Source of the DNA: Candidatus Eiseniibacteriota bacterium
GTDB lineage: Bacteria > Eisenbacteria > RBG-16-71-46
Assembly: GCA_963717935.1 (NCBI GenBank)
Contig: CAVQXP010000004.1
Coordinates: 2,048,001 to 2,112,000 of the forward strand
Length of the DNA stretch: 64,000 bases
Direction: 5' to 3'
Part shown: one piece after another, positions 1 to 14,242 of the stretch
How positions within the stretch are numbered: the first letter of the stretch is position 1
Layout: every line of letters starts with the position of its first letter
Notes under the pieces: generated by a model
What the model was told of the DNA's origin: nothing
What the model saw: the letters and a program-made list of their open reading frames with translations, nothing else
Databases searched by the model: none
Program-made: the position numbers and the translations under genes

Positions 1-309
1 GTCGGCCTGGGAGACCGCATGAAGCATCGGCCGAACGAGCTCTCGGGGGGGCAGCGGCAGCGCGTGGCCATCGCCCGGGCGCTGGTGAACCGTCCCAGCA
101 TCATCCTGGCCGACGAGCCCACCGGCAACCTGGACAGCGTGACCGGCGAGGAGATCATGGCCGCGTTCGAGCGCATCTGGGAGCAGGGCAACACCGTGAT
201 CCTCGTCACCCACGAAGCCGACATCGCCGCTCACGCGCGGCGCGTGGTGCGCATGCGTGACGGACACATCGAGAGCGACGGCCCGGCCCCCGCCCACCCT
301 GCCCCATGA
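1..309 (+). CDS. ABC transporter ATP-binding protein, MacB/LolD type (5' truncated by window edge)
   Basis: Frame open from base 1; signature [15 protein letters not shown], Walker [13 protein letters not shown]-loop VTHE. Confidence 0.95.
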   Translation, partial: VGLGDRMKHRPNELSGGQRQRVAIARALVNRPSIILADEPTGNLDSVTGEEIMAAFERIWEQGNTVILVTHEADIAAHARRVVRMRDGHIESDGPAPAHPAP

Positions 310-1523
310 ACCTCCGCGAGAGCATGGGCATCGCCCTGCGGGCCCTTCGGGCGAACAAGCTCCGGTCTTTTCTGACCCTGCTGGGCACCATCATCGGGGT
401 CGGCTCGGTCATCTTCGTGCTCTCGGTGGTCGAGGGGCTCAACCGCTACGTCTCGGAGAAGATCCTCAACGCCGGGGCGAACGTCTTCTGGATCGACAAG
501 TACGGCCTCATCACCAGCGAGGATGCCTTCCAGGAGGCGCAGAAGCGGCCCGACATCACGCTCGACGACGCCGATGCGCTCCGGCTCACACTGCGGCACG
601 CCCGCATGGTCGTGGCCATGGCCGACGCCACGGCTCCCGTGCGCCAGGGCAACAAGGTCGTCCGGGGCGTGGGGGTCCGGGGCCGCGGAGCGGGCTACGA
701 CGTGGTGGATGACCTGACCATCGACCAGGGGCGCCACCTGACCGAGTTCGACGACCGCCGCCGCCAGATGGTGTGCGTCATCGGGCCGGAGATCGCCGAG
801 GAGCTCTTCCCGGGACTGCAGGCGGTCGGGCGCATGGTCCGCGTCCGGGACTGGACCTTCGAGGTCGTGGGGGTGACGAAGGCGAAGGGCAAGTTGCTGG
901 GCCAGTCGCAGGACCGCTTCGTGGCCATCCCGATCCACACGTTCCAGAAGTACTGGCAGGCGCGCGGAAGCTTCTACGTTTCCATCAAGAGCGTGGACCA
1001 GCCCTCGCTGCCGGTGGCGGAACAGGAGGCGCGCAACCTCATGCGCGCGCGCCACCACCTGCCGCCGGGCCGCCCGGACGACTTCGGCCTCAGCACGGCC
1101 GACACGTTCCTCGAGCTCTACCGGAACATCACCGGGGGCGTCTTCGCTCTCACGATCGGGGTGGCGGTCATCTCGCTCCTCGTGGGCGGCATCGTGATCA
1201 TGAACATCATGCTGGTCTCGGTGACCGAGCGGACGCGGGAGATCGGGGTGCGCAAGGCGCTCGGCGCACGACGCCGCGACATCCTCATGCAATTCCTCGC
1301 CGAGGCCTCGACGCTCTCGCTCGCCGGGGGGCTGGTCGGGATCGGGTCGGGCGTGGCGTTCGCCCTGCTGGTCGGTCTGGTGAGCCCCCTGCCCTCGGCC
1401 GTGAGCGTGCCGTCCCTGTTCCTGGGCCTTGCGATGTCGTGCCTGGTGGGTGTGTTCTTCGGGTCGTACCCGGCCTGGCGAGCCTCCCGTCTCGACCCCA
1501 TCGAAGCACTGCGCTACGAGTGA
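306..1523 (+). CDS. ABC transporter permease, MacB/FtsX family
   Basis: N-term [17 protein letters not shown]-term [28 protein letters not shown]...[16 protein letters not shown] overlap with ATPase. Confidence 0.95.
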   Translation: MNLRESMGIALRALRANKLRSFLTLLGTIIGVGSVIFVLSVVEGLNRYVSEKILNAGANVFWIDKYGLITSEDAFQEAQKRPDITLDDADALRLTLRHARMVVAMADATAPVRQGNKVVRGVGVRGRGAGYDVVDDLTIDQGRHLTEFDDRRRQMVCVIGPEIAEELFPGLQAVGRMVRVRDWTFEVVGVTKAKGKLLGQSQDRFVAIPIHTFQKYWQARGSFYVSIKSVDQPSLPVAEQEARNLMRARHHLPPGRPDDFGLSTADTFLELYRNITGGVFALTIGVAVISLLVGGIVIMNIMLVSVTERTREIGVRKALGARRRDILMQFLAEASTLSLAGGLVGIGSGVAFALLVGLVSPLPSAVSVPSLFLGLAMSCLVGVFFGSYPAWRASRLDPIEALRYE

Positions 1524-1525
1524 CC

Positions 1526-2794
1526 ATGGACCTCCCGCTGCTGTTCGAGACATTCGCCATCGCGGGCCGGGCGCTGGCCGCCAACCGCATGCGCTCGCTG
1601 CTCGCCCTCCTGGGCATCGTCATCGGCGTGGCCACGGTGATCGGGATGGCCTCGCTGGTGAACGGCTTCCAGCGCTCCTTCGAGCAGAGCATCCGCTCGA
1701 TGGGCTCCAACACGATCTACATCCGGCGCATCCGCCCCGGGGTGCGCGTCGGCGGCGACATCCCCGACAGCCTCCGCCAGCGCAGGGCGTTCACGATGGA
1801 GGACGGGCGCGCCATCCTCGACCAGGCGCCCGCCGTCCGCGCCGTCGCCCCGGTGAAGTACCCGTTCAACGGCGTGCGCATCGGCTTCCGGGACAAGCTG
1901 ACCAAGGCCACGTTCGTCTTCGGAACGAACTCTGACTACACGCTCGTCCACGGTTATGAACTCGGACGCGGCCGCTACTTCACCGCGCAGGAGATCGAAC
2001 GACGCGCCAACGTGGCGGTGCTCGGCTCCGACACGCGTGAGGCGCTCTTCGGCAACCGGGATCCGCTGGGTCACACCATCCACATGGCCGGCATCCCGTT
2101 CACCGTGATCGGCGAGTACACGCCCAAGGGGAAGCTGCTCGGGAACAACTTCGACGAGGTGGCGACCATCCCGTACACGGTGGTGGACAAGTATTTCCCC
2201 GCGCCCCTGGACGCGCCTCCCTGGTTCCCCGGCGCGGGGAGCTGTTCCTGCGACGCGATCGCCGTCTCGCCCGAGTTGAACGCCGAGGCGCAGCGCCAGA
2301 TCATGGACGTGCTGCGCATCCGGCGGAACCTGCCCAGCAACAAGCCCAACGACTTCGTGGTGATCACCGACGACGCCTTCATGACGCTCTACAACACGGT
2401 CACGGGCGGGATCGTGGCGGTGATGCTGCTCATCTCGGGCGTGTCGCTGCTGGTGGGCGGCATCGGCGTGATGAACATCATGCTGGTGGCGGTGACGGAG
2501 CGCACCCGCGAGATCGGCCTGCGCAAGGCGGTCGGGGCCCCGCGCCGCGCGATCCTCACGCAGTTCCTGGCGGAGGCGGTCGCGCTCACGGCGCTGGGGG
2601 GCGCGATCGGCGTCCTGCTGGGCGCGGCGATCGCGGTGGTCGTGAAGGCGCTCTCGCCGCTGCCGACCTTCGTGTCGCCATGGTCCGTGGTGGTCGGGCT
2701 TCTGTTCTCGGCGTCCGTGGGCGTCTTCTTCGGCCTGTATCCGGCGCTGCGCGCCTCACGGCTGGACCCGGTGGACGCCCTGCGCTACGAGTAG
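1526..2794 (+). CDS. Second MacB/FtsX family permease
   Basis: ATG at 1526 inside ORF 773..2794; [51 protein letters not shown]; short probable compensating indel near 2230-2250. Confidence 0.93.
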   Translation: MDLPLLFETFAIAGRALAANRMRSLLALLGIVIGVATVIGMASLVNGFQRSFEQSIRSMGSNTIYIRRIRPGVRVGGDIPDSLRQRRAFTMEDGRAILDQAPAVRAVAPVKYPFNGVRIGFRDKLTKATFVFGTNSDYTLVHGYELGRGRYFTAQEIERRANVAVLGSDTREALFGNRDPLGHTIHMAGIPFTVIGEYTPKGKLLGNNFDEVATIPYTVVDKYFPAPLDAPPWFPGAGSCSCDAIAVSPELNAEAQRQIMDVLRIRRNLPSNKPNDFVVITDDAFMTLYNTVTGGIVAVMLLISGVSLLVGGIGVMNIMLVAVTERTREIGLRKAVGAPRRAILTQFLAEAVALTALGGAIGVLLGAAIAVVVKALSPLPTFVSPWSVVVGLLFSASVGVFFGLYPALRASRLDPVDALRYE

Positions 2795-2830
2795 GCCCGC
2801 GGCGGCGGGCCGGCGTTCCCGCACGACTCC

Positions 2831-2839
2831 TGCTATATT
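2831..2839 (+). promoter_or_regulatory. Extended -10 promoter (TGcTATATT) of uvrA; likely leaderless
   Basis: TG-n-TATATT in GC-rich context, 6 nt before ATG 2846, no Shine-Dalgarno. Confidence 0.6.
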
Positions 2840-2845
2840 CCGGGC

Positions 2846-5764
<2,919 letters not shown>

Positions 5765-5768
<4 letters not shown>

Positions 5769-6875
5769 ATCCGACCACCACCACTCCCCGCGAGACACCG
5801 CGAACGTCCGGCGCCATTCCCACCGGCACGATGAGAGCCGTCCTCAAGACGAAGGCCGGCACCGGCGTCGAGATCCGCGAGGTGCCCATCCCCGTGGCGG
5901 GACCGGGGCAACTGCTCCTCCGGGTGCTGCGCGCCGGCATCTGCGGCACCGACCTGCACATCTTCGAGTGGGACGCCTGGAGCCAGAACCGCATCCGTCC
6001 CCCCGTCACGATCGGGCACGAGTTCGTGGGTGAGATCATCGCCCTGGGTCCGGGGGTCACGGAGTTCCAGCTCGGCGAGCGGGTCTCGTTCGAGAGCCAC
6101 ATCGTCTGCGGGCACTGCACCGCGTGCCGCACCGGGAACGCGCACGTCTGCCAGAACACCCGGATCCTCGGGGTGGACGTGGACGGCGGCTTCGCGGAGT
6201 ACGCGGTCGCACCGGCGGTCAATGCCTGGCGTGCACCCGGCGAACGTGCCGCTCGAGGTGCAGAGCATCATGGAGCCGCTCGGCAACGCGGTGCACACGG
6301 CCTTCTCCGGAGACCTTTCCGCCTGCCGCATCGCCGTGACCGGCTGCGGCCCCATCGGGCTCTTCGCGATCGGCGTGGCGCGCGCGGCGGGCGCCTGCCA
6401 GGTGATCGCCAGCGACGTCTCGCCTTACCGGCTGGACCTCGCGCGCAAGATGAGAGCCGACGCCGTCATCGACGTGTCGAAGGAGGACTTCGTCCAGCGC
6501 GTGACGGAGCTCACGGACGGCCGCGGGCTGGACGGCGTGCTGGAGATGTCCGGCAACGCGAAGGCCATCCGCGACGGTCTCGCGGCGCTCCGCAACGGCG
6601 GGCGGCTCTCGCTGCTGGGGCTGCCGCGTGAGGAGTTCGGCCTGGACTGGAACAAGCTGCTCGTCTTCAAGGGAGTGACGATCCACGGCATCGCCGGGCG
6701 GCGCATGTACGAGAGCTGGTACCAGATGGACAACCTGCTGCGCACCGGCAGCCTCGACGTGCGGCCCGCCATCTCGCACGTGATGCCCATGGAGAGGGTG
6801 ACCGAAGGCATCGAGTTGCTGCGTTCCGGCAATGCCGGCAAGATCGTGCTCATCCCCTGGGGGCAGGAGGCGTAG
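5765..6875 (+). CDS. tdh: L-threonine 3-dehydrogenase (Zn-dependent; one frameshift near 6235; alternative start 5831)
   Basis: [66 protein letters not shown]. Confidence 0.92.
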
Positions 6876-7133
6876 CTTCGGGGGACGTCCGCCGCCAGCC
6901 TGAAGGCGCACGCGCGGGCCGTCATCCGGCGACGGTGAACGGGACCACGGTCGCTCGCTCGGCGCCGGCGGGGATCTGCTCCGGTCGCAGGCACACCGCG
7001 AGCGCGCCTCACCCGGAGACCGGGCGTGCCCCGCTGGCATCGGACGGCGGCTTGGAACGGCTCCGCCAGCTTGCGAGCGCCTGGCGTCGATCAGCCGTGG
7101 GGCATCGCGCCGCGGCGTCCGACGGCGTGCTCC

Positions 7134-7162
7134 TTGACCGTCTCGGGGCCCTTCGGTACCTT
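7134..7162 (+). promoter_or_regulatory. Sigma70-type promoter of gcv operon
   Basis: TTGACC-N17-TACCTT followed by AAGGAG RBS and ATG 7195. Confidence 0.65.
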
Positions 7163-7194
7163 GCAAATGTCCGCTCATCCGCAAGGAGATAGTC

Positions 7195-8304
7195 ATGTCC
7201 ACGCTCGGCGCTGCAAGGCCTACCCCGTTCACCGTCTACCACCGCGCCCTCGACGCGAAGCTCGTGGAGTTCGCGGGGTTCGAGCTTCCCCTGCGGTACA
7301 CCGGCGACCTGCGCGAGCACCAGTGCGTGCGCAACGCGGTGGGCGTCTTCGACATCACCCACATGGGCGAGTACCACGTTTCGGGCCCCGGAGCGGGCGA
7401 TTTCATCCACCGCATGGTCACGAACGACGTGCTGGGCATGCAGGTCGGCCAGGCGATCTACACGGCCATGTGCCGCCCGGACGGGGGCATCGTGGACGAC
7501 CTGCTCGTCTACCGTCTGCCGGACCGCTGGATGATGGTCGTGAACGGGGCCACCAACGCCAAGGACTGGGCGTGGCTGAAGGAACAGGTGCCGACGGGCG
7601 TCGAGTTCCGGGACATCAGCGACGAGACGGCGCTGCTCGCCGTGCAGGGGCCGAAGGCCGAGCTCGTGCTCCGTGGCCACGTGCCCGACGCGGCGCTCGA
7701 CCTGGGCTTCTACCGCCTCATGGAGGGTGCGGCCTTCGGCGCCCCGGCGGTCATCTCGCGCACCGGCTACACCGGCGAGGATGGCTTCGAGCTCTACTTC
7801 GCTCCGCGCCACGCCGCGCAAGTGTGGGAGGGGCTGATGGCGGCGGGCCGCCCCCACGGTCTACAGCCCGTGGGGCTCGCGGCCCGGGACTCGTTGCGGC
7901 TCGAGATGGGCTACATGCTCTACGGGAACGACATCGACGACACCACCACGCCGCTGGAGGCCGGGATCGGCTGGACGGTGAAACTGAAGAAGGACGCATT
8001 CAACGGGCGCGAGGCTCTGCTCCGGCAGAAGGAGGCGGGGCTCGTCCGCAAGCTCGTGGGCTTCGAGCTCGACGGACGCCGGGTCGCTCGGCACGACATG
8101 ACGATCGAGTCCGGCGGGCGCGCGGTGGGCCGGGTCACGAGTGGCACGTTCAGCCCGAGCCTCGAGCGCCCGATCGGCATGGGCTACGTGGAAAGCGCGC
8201 TGGACCGCCCGGGTGGCACCCTCGAGGTGCTGGCCGGCGGGACGCGCCTCAATGTGCGCATCGCTCCGCGCCCCTTCTGGACGCGGGGCTCGCGCCGCTC
8301 CTGA
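7195..8304 (+). CDS. gcvT: Glycine cleavage system aminomethyltransferase T
   Basis: FDITHMGE, GGIVDDLLVY, SRTGYTGEDGFE, ARDSLRLEMG, GRVTSGTFSPSL. Confidence 0.97.
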   Translation: MSTLGAARPTPFTVYHRALDAKLVEFAGFELPLRYTGDLREHQCVRNAVGVFDITHMGEYHVSGPGAGDFIHRMVTNDVLGMQVGQAIYTAMCRPDGGIVDDLLVYRLPDRWMMVVNGATNAKDWAWLKEQVPTGVEFRDISDETALLAVQGPKAELVLRGHVPDAALDLGFYRLMEGAAFGAPAVISRTGYTGEDGFELYFAPRHAAQVWEGLMAAGRPHGLQPVGLAARDSLRLEMGYMLYGNDIDDTTTPLEAGIGWTVKLKKDAFNGREALLRQKEAGLVRKLVGFELDGRRVARHDMTIESGGRAVGRVTSGTFSPSLERPIGMGYVESALDRPGGTLEVLAGGTRLNVRIAPRPFWTRGSRRS

Positions 8305-8314
8305 GGAGGATGCC

Positions 8315-8704
8315 GTGGGCTACCCCGATGACGTCCGCTACACCGCCGAGCACGAGTGGGCCCGGCTCGAGAAGGGCATCGTCACCATCGGCGTCACGTC
8401 CTACGCCACCGAGCAGCTCGGCGACGTGGTCTTCGTCGAGTTGCCGGAAACCGGCGCCCGGCTGGAGGCGCTGAAGGCCTTCGGCGTGATCGAGGCCGTG
8501 AAGACCGTCAGCGACCTCTTCGCGCCGGTGTCCGGCGAGGTGATCGAGCGCAACGGTGCGCTCGCCGACAACCCCGCGCTCGTGAACCAGGATCCGTTCG
8601 GCGAGGGCTGGATCCTGCGCATCCGGCCCTCCGACCCGGCCGAGCACGCGAAGCTGATGTCCAACGTGGACTACGAGAAGCACGTGGAGGGGCAGCACGC
8701 ATGA
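8315..8704 (+). CDS. gcvH: Glycine cleavage system H protein
   Basis: GAGGAGG RBS then GTG; YTAEHEWA, LGDVVFVELP, lipoyl-lysine motif EAVKTVSDL, NQDPFGEGW. Confidence 0.96.
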   Translation: MGYPDDVRYTAEHEWARLEKGIVTIGVTSYATEQLGDVVFVELPETGARLEALKAFGVIEAVKTVSDLFAPVSGEVIERNGALADNPALVNQDPFGEGWILRIRPSDPAEHAKLMSNVDYEKHVEGQHA

Positions 8705-10041
8705 GCTTCGTCGGCCTGACGCGTGACGAGGAGCAGCGCATGCTGCAGGAGATCGGCGTCGCGCGCTTCGAGGACTTGCTCGCGGCGATCCCGAAGGACG
8801 TGCTGCTCGAGCATCCGCCCGTGATCCCCGGGCCGCTCTCGGAGATCGACCTTCGCCGCCTGCTGGGCAAGTGGTCCAGCGAGAACCACGCCGCCGAGAT
8901 GGTCTCCTTCCAGGGCGGCGGGGTCTACGACCACTGGATCCCGGCGGCGGTGGACGCGCTCGCGAACCGCTCGGAATTCGTCACGGCCTACACGCCCTAC
9001 CAGCCCGAGGTCGCGCAGGGCACTTTGACGGCCATCTTCGAGTTCCAGAGCATGATGGCGGAGCTGACGGGCTGCGACGTGGCCAACGCGTCGATGTATG
9101 ACGGCGCCACCGCCACGGTCGAGGCCGCGCTGCTCGCGCGCCGCCAGACCGGACGCAAGCGCGTGGTCGTGGCGGGGATGGTCCATCCGCACACGCTCGC
9201 GGTACTGCGCACGTACCTCGACCCGGTCGAGGTCACGCAGGTCGGGGACATCGCGGGACTCGCGGCCCCCGCCGCCCTGAAGGCGGCCCTCGGGCTCGAC
9301 ACGGCCTGCCTCATCTACCAGCACCCGAACTTCTTCGGCCTGCTCGAGAGCCCCGCGCCCCTGCACGCGCTCGCCCACGACGCGGGTGCGCTCGCCATCG
9401 CGGTCTGCGATCCCATCGCGCTCGCCCTGCTCGAGCCGCCCGGCCGCACCGGCGCCGACCTCGTGGTGGGGGAGGCGCAGTGCCTCGGGAACCCGATGTC
9501 CTTCGGCGGCCCGCTGCTGGGCTACTTCGCCGCGAAGCAGAGCCTGCTCCGCGGGCTGCCCGGCCGGCTCGTCGCAGAGACCGCCGACCGCCAGGGTCGC
9601 CGCGGATTCGTCCTGACGCTGCAGACCCGCGAGCAGCACATCCGGCGCGAGAAGGCCACGTCCAACATCTGCACGAACCAGGGACTGATGGCGCTGCGCG
9701 CCACGATCCACATGGGCCTGCTGGGCCGCCTGGGGATGCGCGAGGTCGCGGAGTTGTGCGTCCAGAAGAGCCACCACGCCGCGCGGCTCGCCGCCGGGAT
9801 CCCGGGCTACGCGCTCGCCTACGAGGCCCCCTTCTTCCGGGAGTTCGTGCTGCGCTGCCCGGTCGAGGCGCGCCGGGTGATCGAGGCCGGCCTCGAGTTC
9901 GGGGTGAGTCCCGGGATCAACCTCGGGCGCTTCCGGCCCGAATGGAAGGACCTCCTGCTGGTCGCCGTGACGGAGCTGCGGGACGCGAGCGAGATCGACC
10001 TCTGGGTCCAGGCCCTGCGCAAGGCAGGGGGTGCGCGATGA
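8701..10041 (+). CDS. gcvPA: Glycine dehydrogenase (decarboxylating) subunit 1
   Basis: EFVTAYTPYQPEVAQG, ANASMYDGATA, LQTREQHIRREKATSNICTNQ; ATGA overlap. Confidence 0.96.
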   Translation: MSFVGLTRDEEQRMLQEIGVARFEDLLAAIPKDVLLEHPPVIPGPLSEIDLRRLLGKWSSENHAAEMVSFQGGGVYDHWIPAAVDALANRSEFVTAYTPYQPEVAQGTLTAIFEFQSMMAELTGCDVANASMYDGATATVEAALLARRQTGRKRVVVAGMVHPHTLAVLRTYLDPVEVTQVGDIAGLAAPAALKAALGLDTACLIYQHPNFFGLLESPAPLHALAHDAGALAIAVCDPIALALLEPPGRTGADLVVGEAQCLGNPMSFGGPLLGYFAAKQSLLRGLPGRLVAETADRQGRRGFVLTLQTREQHIRREKATSNICTNQGLMALRATIHMGLLGRLGMREVAELCVQKSHHAARLAAGIPGYALAYEAPFFREFVLRCPVEARRVIEAGLEFGVSPGINLGRFRPEWKDLLLVAVTELRDASEIDLWVQALRKAGGAR

Positions 10042-11498
10042 TCATGCCCCGCCGGCTGTTGATCGAGCAGGGTGGCGCGGGCCACCGGGGCCCGGCGCTG
10101 CCCGCGTGCGACGTGCCGCAGCGGCCGCTCGCCGAGTTGTTCCCGGGCGTGGCCCTGCGGGCCGAGCTGGCGTTCCCGCAGGTCAGCGAGCCCGAGGTGG
10201 TGCGGCACTTCACCGAGCTCTCGACGCTCAACCACCACGTGGATCGTGGCTTCTACCCGCTCGGTTCGTGCACGATGAAGCACAACCCGAAGATCGACGA
10301 GGAACTCGCCGGCCTGGCGGGCTTCGCGAAGGCGCATCCCCTGGCGGGCGACGACGCGACCCAGGGCGCACTGCGGGTCATGGCGTCGGTGCAGCGCCTG
10401 CTCGCCGACATCACCGGCTTTGCCGCGGTGACGACGCAACCCGCCGCGGGCGCGCACGGCGAGTTGACCGGCCTGCTGCTGATCCGTGCGTATCACCGGG
10501 CGAAGGGCGATGGCGAGAAGCGCCGCCGCGTGATCGTGCCCGATTCGGCGCACGGCACCAACCCGGCGAGCGCGAGCCTGGTCGGCTACGAGACCGTGGT
10601 GATCCCCTCCGGCCCCGATGCGACCGTGGACCTCGAGGCGCTGGCGCGGGCTCTGGACGAGCGCACGGCGGCGGTGATGCTCACCGTGCCGAACACGGTC
10701 GGCCTGTTCGAGCCGCGCGTGCTCGACGTGACCAGGCTGGCGCACCAGGCCGGGGCGCAGTGCTACATGGACGGAGCCAACCTGAACGCTCTCGTGGGAA
10801 GGGTGCGGCCGGGTGACCTGGGCTTCGACGTCATGCACATCAACGTGCACAAGACGTTCTCGACCCCGCACGGCGGGGGCGGCCCGGGAGCCGGGCCCGT
10901 GGCCGTGGCCAGCCACCTCGAGCCATTCCTGCCGATGCCGATCGCCGTGGTCGAGCAGGGCGGACGGGTGCGCCTCGATTGGGAGCGCCCGCAGTCGATC
11001 GGCCGCGTGCACTCCTTCAACGGCAACTTCGGCATCCTGCTGAGAGCCCTGGCCTACATGCTCACGCTCGGGCCCGAGGGACTCGCCGAGGTGAGCCGGG
11101 TCGCCATCCTGAATGCCAACTACCTCATGCGGCGGCTGGCGAAGACGTACGACCTGCCGAATCCGCAACACTGCATGCACGAGTTCGTGCTCTCGGGCCG
11201 GGGGCTCAAGAAGCACGGCGTGAAGACCCTCGACGTGGCGAAGCGCCTGCTGGATTTCGGCGTGCACGCGCCGACGGTCTACTTCCCGCTCATCGTCGAG
11301 GAGGCCCTGATGATCGAGCCCACCGAGACGGAGACGCTCGACCGGCTCGACCACTTCGCCTCGGCGATGGAGCGCATCGCCACCGAGGCGGCAGAGAACG
11401 CCGAACTGCTGCAGCAGGCCCCTCACACCACACCCGTGGGCCGCCTCGACGAGGCTCGCGCCAGCCGTGAGCCCAAGCTCCGATGGAGCCTCCCGTAG
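10038..11498 (+). CDS. gcvPB: Glycine dehydrogenase (decarboxylating) subunit 2
   Basis: GFYPLGSCTMKHNP, QPAAGAHGE, PDSAHGTNPASA, PLP-lysine motif HINVHKTFSTPHGGGGPG, MIEPTETE. Confidence 0.96.
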   Translation: MIMPRRLLIEQGGAGHRGPALPACDVPQRPLAELFPGVALRAELAFPQVSEPEVVRHFTELSTLNHHVDRGFYPLGSCTMKHNPKIDEELAGLAGFAKAHPLAGDDATQGALRVMASVQRLLADITGFAAVTTQPAAGAHGELTGLLLIRAYHRAKGDGEKRRRVIVPDSAHGTNPASASLVGYETVVIPSGPDATVDLEALARALDERTAAVMLTVPNTVGLFEPRVLDVTRLAHQAGAQCYMDGANLNALVGRVRPGDLGFDVMHINVHKTFSTPHGGGGPGAGPVAVASHLEPFLPMPIAVVEQGGRVRLDWERPQSIGRVHSFNGNFGILLRALAYMLTLGPEGLAEVSRVAILNANYLMRRLAKTYDLPNPQHCMHEFVLSGRGLKKHGVKTLDVAKRLLDFGVHAPTVYFPLIVEEALMIEPTETETLDRLDHFASAMERIATEAAENAELLQQAPHTTPVGRLDEARASREPKLRWSLP

Positions 11499-11589
11499 GG
11501 TCGAGACCCACCAGGTGGGAAGGAAGGGAGATTTGGGGCTGAGCGCAGGACGCGCTTCGCAGGAGGCTCGGTCCATCGAGCCGGGCACG

Positions 11590-12039
11590 ATGCCGCCCGA
11601 TGTCCGCGTGGGCTCTCCGGCCACGGTGGAGTGGACCGTCAGCCCATGGCGGGAGGACCCCGCCCGAGCAGCGCTCGCGGTGCTCGCGGCCCTGCTCCTG
11701 GGGTTGTTGGCAGCGTGGCTGCTGGCGGGGGAACGCTTCCTCGCCACGCTCATGGGTCTGGCCGTGCTCGGCGTGCTGGCGCCGGGAATGACCCCGATCG
11801 CGTGCCGGGTGGACGACGATGGTGTGGCGCGCCGCGTGCTCTTCGCCTGGCACCGCAGGACCTGGCCGGAGATCCGGCGGGCCCGGCTGAGTGCCAACGG
11901 GCTCTTCGTCTCGCCGTTCGCGCGGCGCAGCCGGCTCGACCGTTTCCGGGGCCTGTACCTCCCCGTGCCGCGCCGCACGGCGCGTGCCGAGGCGTTGCTC
12001 GAGGCCCTGCGGCAGGAGGTGCAGCGTCATGGCCTCTGA
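11590..12039 (+). CDS. Hypothetical membrane protein (two TM helices plus small C-terminal beta domain)
   Basis: EWTVSPWRE followed by two hydrophobic helices, then SPFARRSRLDRFRG; overlaps next gene; start uncertain. Confidence 0.7.
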   Translation: MPPDVRVGSPATVEWTVSPWREDPARAALAVLAALLLGLLAAWLLAGERFLATLMGLAVLGVLAPGMTPIACRVDDDGVARRVLFAWHRRTWPEIRRARLSANGLFVSPFARRSRLDRFRGLYLPVPRRTARAEALLEALRQEVQRHGL

Positions 12040-12400
12040 GACGCCCCCGCTGGCCGCCGAGGATCTGGCGCTGCTCGAGCGCGTGGCCGGGCGTGTGGTG
12101 GAGTTGCGCCTCGAGGTACCGGCGATCCTGACGCTGGAGTCCGTGCGGCCTCTCTCGTTCGTGGCAAGCCAGGCCATGCTCTTCTTCCAGCCGCTGGTGC
12201 AGGCGCTCCTGCGCTTCGGTGACTACCAGCGTTTCGCAGCGCTGGCCGAGCGCCGCGACGCGCTCGAAGCGTTGACCGCGTGCATCGAGCGCCGCGCGGA
12301 GGAGTCCCGGGCCGCGCGCAGGGCGGCACGCGCGGGGGCCGCGAAGGGCCCGGCGGCGGCCTCCGGAGGACCCGGTGGGCGCGCCGGGAAGACGACATGA
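12029..12400 (+). CDS. Hypothetical helical protein
   Basis: AGGAGG RBS; VPAILTLESVRPLSFVASQAMLFFQP; ATGA overlap with next gene. Confidence 0.75.
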   Translation: MASETPPLAAEDLALLERVAGRVVELRLEVPAILTLESVRPLSFVASQAMLFFQPLVQALLRFGDYQRFAALAERRDALEALTACIERRAEESRAARRAARAGAAKGPAAASGGPGGRAGKTT

Positions 12401-14240
12401 GCGGCCGCACGACGCCTCCCCGCCCGGAGGACGTCCATTCGATCCTCGCCACCGACTGCGGGTCCACGACCACCAAGGCCATCCTCATCGAGCGTCGGGG
12501 CACCGCGTACCGGCTCATCGCGCGCGGCGAAGCGCCCACCACGGTCGAGGCCCCGTTCGAGGACGTGACGCGCGGCGTGCTGAACGCGGTGCGCGAGGTG
12601 GAGGAGCTGGCCGGCCGGCGCCTGCTGGATGGGGATGTCATCCTCACGCCGATGCAGCAGGGCGCGGGCGTGGACCTCTACGTCACGACCTCGAGCGCGG
12701 GCGGCGGGCTCCAGATGATGGTCTCGGGCCTGGTGCTGCAGATGACGGGGGAGAGCGCCCAGCGGGCGGCGCTGGGTGCCGGGGCGATCGTGATGGACGT
12801 CATCGCCCTGAACGACGGCCGACGGCCGCACGAGAAGATCCAGCTCCTGCGGCAGTTGCGCCCCGACATGATCCTCCTCTCGGGGGGCACGGACGGCGGG
12901 GACGTGCGGCGCGTCGCCGAACTCGCCGAGTTGCTCGTCGCGGCCGGTCCGACGGCCCGGCTCGGCGCCGGCTACCAGCTCCCGGTGGTCTACGCGGGCA
13001 ACCACGACGCGGCGGGCGTGGTGCGCGATCTGCTCGAGCCCCATGCGGCCATGAAGGTGGTCGCGAATCTGCGGCCCGCACTCGAGCGCGAGAACCTGCG
13101 CCCCGCTCGCGACGCCATCCACGAGCTCTTCATGCAGCACGTCATGGCGCACGCCCCGGGCTACCGCCGGCTCATGAGCTGGTCGCCGGTGCCCGTCATG
13201 CCCACGCCCGCTGCGGTGGGTCTCATGATCGAGCGCCTGGCGCGGCGCGACCACCTCTCCGTGCTGGGCGTGGACATCGGCGGAGCCACCACCGACGTGT
13301 TCTCGGTGTTCCAGGGGAGCGGCGGCGAGGCGGTCTTCCACCGGACCGTCTCCGCCAACCTCGGCATGAGCTACTCGATCGCGAATGTCATGGCCGAGGC
13401 CGGCCTCGAGAACATCCTGCGCTGGGTGCCGTTCCCGGTGGAGGAGGCGGTGCTGCGGAACCGCGATCCGCAACAAGATGATCCGCCCCACCACCATTCC
13501 GCAGACCCTCGAGGACCTGCTGATCGAGCAGGCCATCGCGCGCGAGGCGCTGCGGCTGGCGTTCGAGCAGCACCGGGCGCTGGCGGTGGAGCTCAAGGGC
13601 GTGCAGCAGGAGCGCACGATCTCCGAGGCGCTCCGCCAGTCGGCGGGGGGGGCCTCGGTCGTGGACCTGCTGGAAGTCGGGCTCATCGTGGGCTCGGGCG
13701 GCGTGCTCTCGCACGCCCCGCGCCGCGTGCAGGCAGCGCTCATGATGGTGGATGCGTTCCTGCCGGAGGGGCTCACGCTGCTGGCGGTGGACAGCATCTT
13801 CATGGCGCCCCAGCTCGGCGTCCTCTCGACCGTGCACGAGCAGGCCGCCAGCGAGGTCTTCGATCACGACTGTCTGGTGCGGCTCGGCGCGGTGCTCGCG
13901 CCTATCGGCACGGGGCGTCCCGGACAGGCCTGCGTGACCGTCGAGGTGAGCGGCCCCGACATGACGCCCGTGAGCCGGCGCGTGGCCTTCGGGGAGATGG
14001 CCCTGCTCCCGCTGCCCCCGGCCAACGCGTTCGGCCGCGTGAGCGCGGTGCCCGAGCACGGCTTCGACCTCGGAGCCGGGCGGGGGCGCCCGGTGAGCGC
14101 CCGCGTCCCCGGCGGCAGCGTGGGACTCATCGTGGACGCACGCGGACGTCGGCCCTTCGAGCTGCCCGTCGCCACAGCCCGCATCGAGCGCCTGCGCGCC
14201 TGGCACCGCGCGCTCGCGCTCTATCCCCGGGAGGTCGTGA
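12397..14240 (+). CDS. Glutamate mutase L (GlmL)-like ASKHA-fold ATPase (frameshift near 13465; 3' end ambiguous)
   Basis: Phosphate-1 ILATDCGSTTTKA, SSAGGGL, LLSGGTDGG, phosphate-2 GVDIGGATTDVFS, RTVSANLGMSYS, adenosine motif VGSGGVLSHAP. Confidence 0.85.
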
Positions 14241-14242
14241 GC

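Noticed and set aside
6876..7194. Glycine riboswitch upstream of gcvT
   Set aside because: No GGAGA..CCGAAG..CTCTCAGG aptamer motifs are visible, and the promoter sits only about 30 nt before the start codon.
12397..14240. Second DNA-repair MutL
   Set aside because: Name coincidence only: motifs are ASKHA/GlmL type, not GHKL; the true mutL is at 54667.
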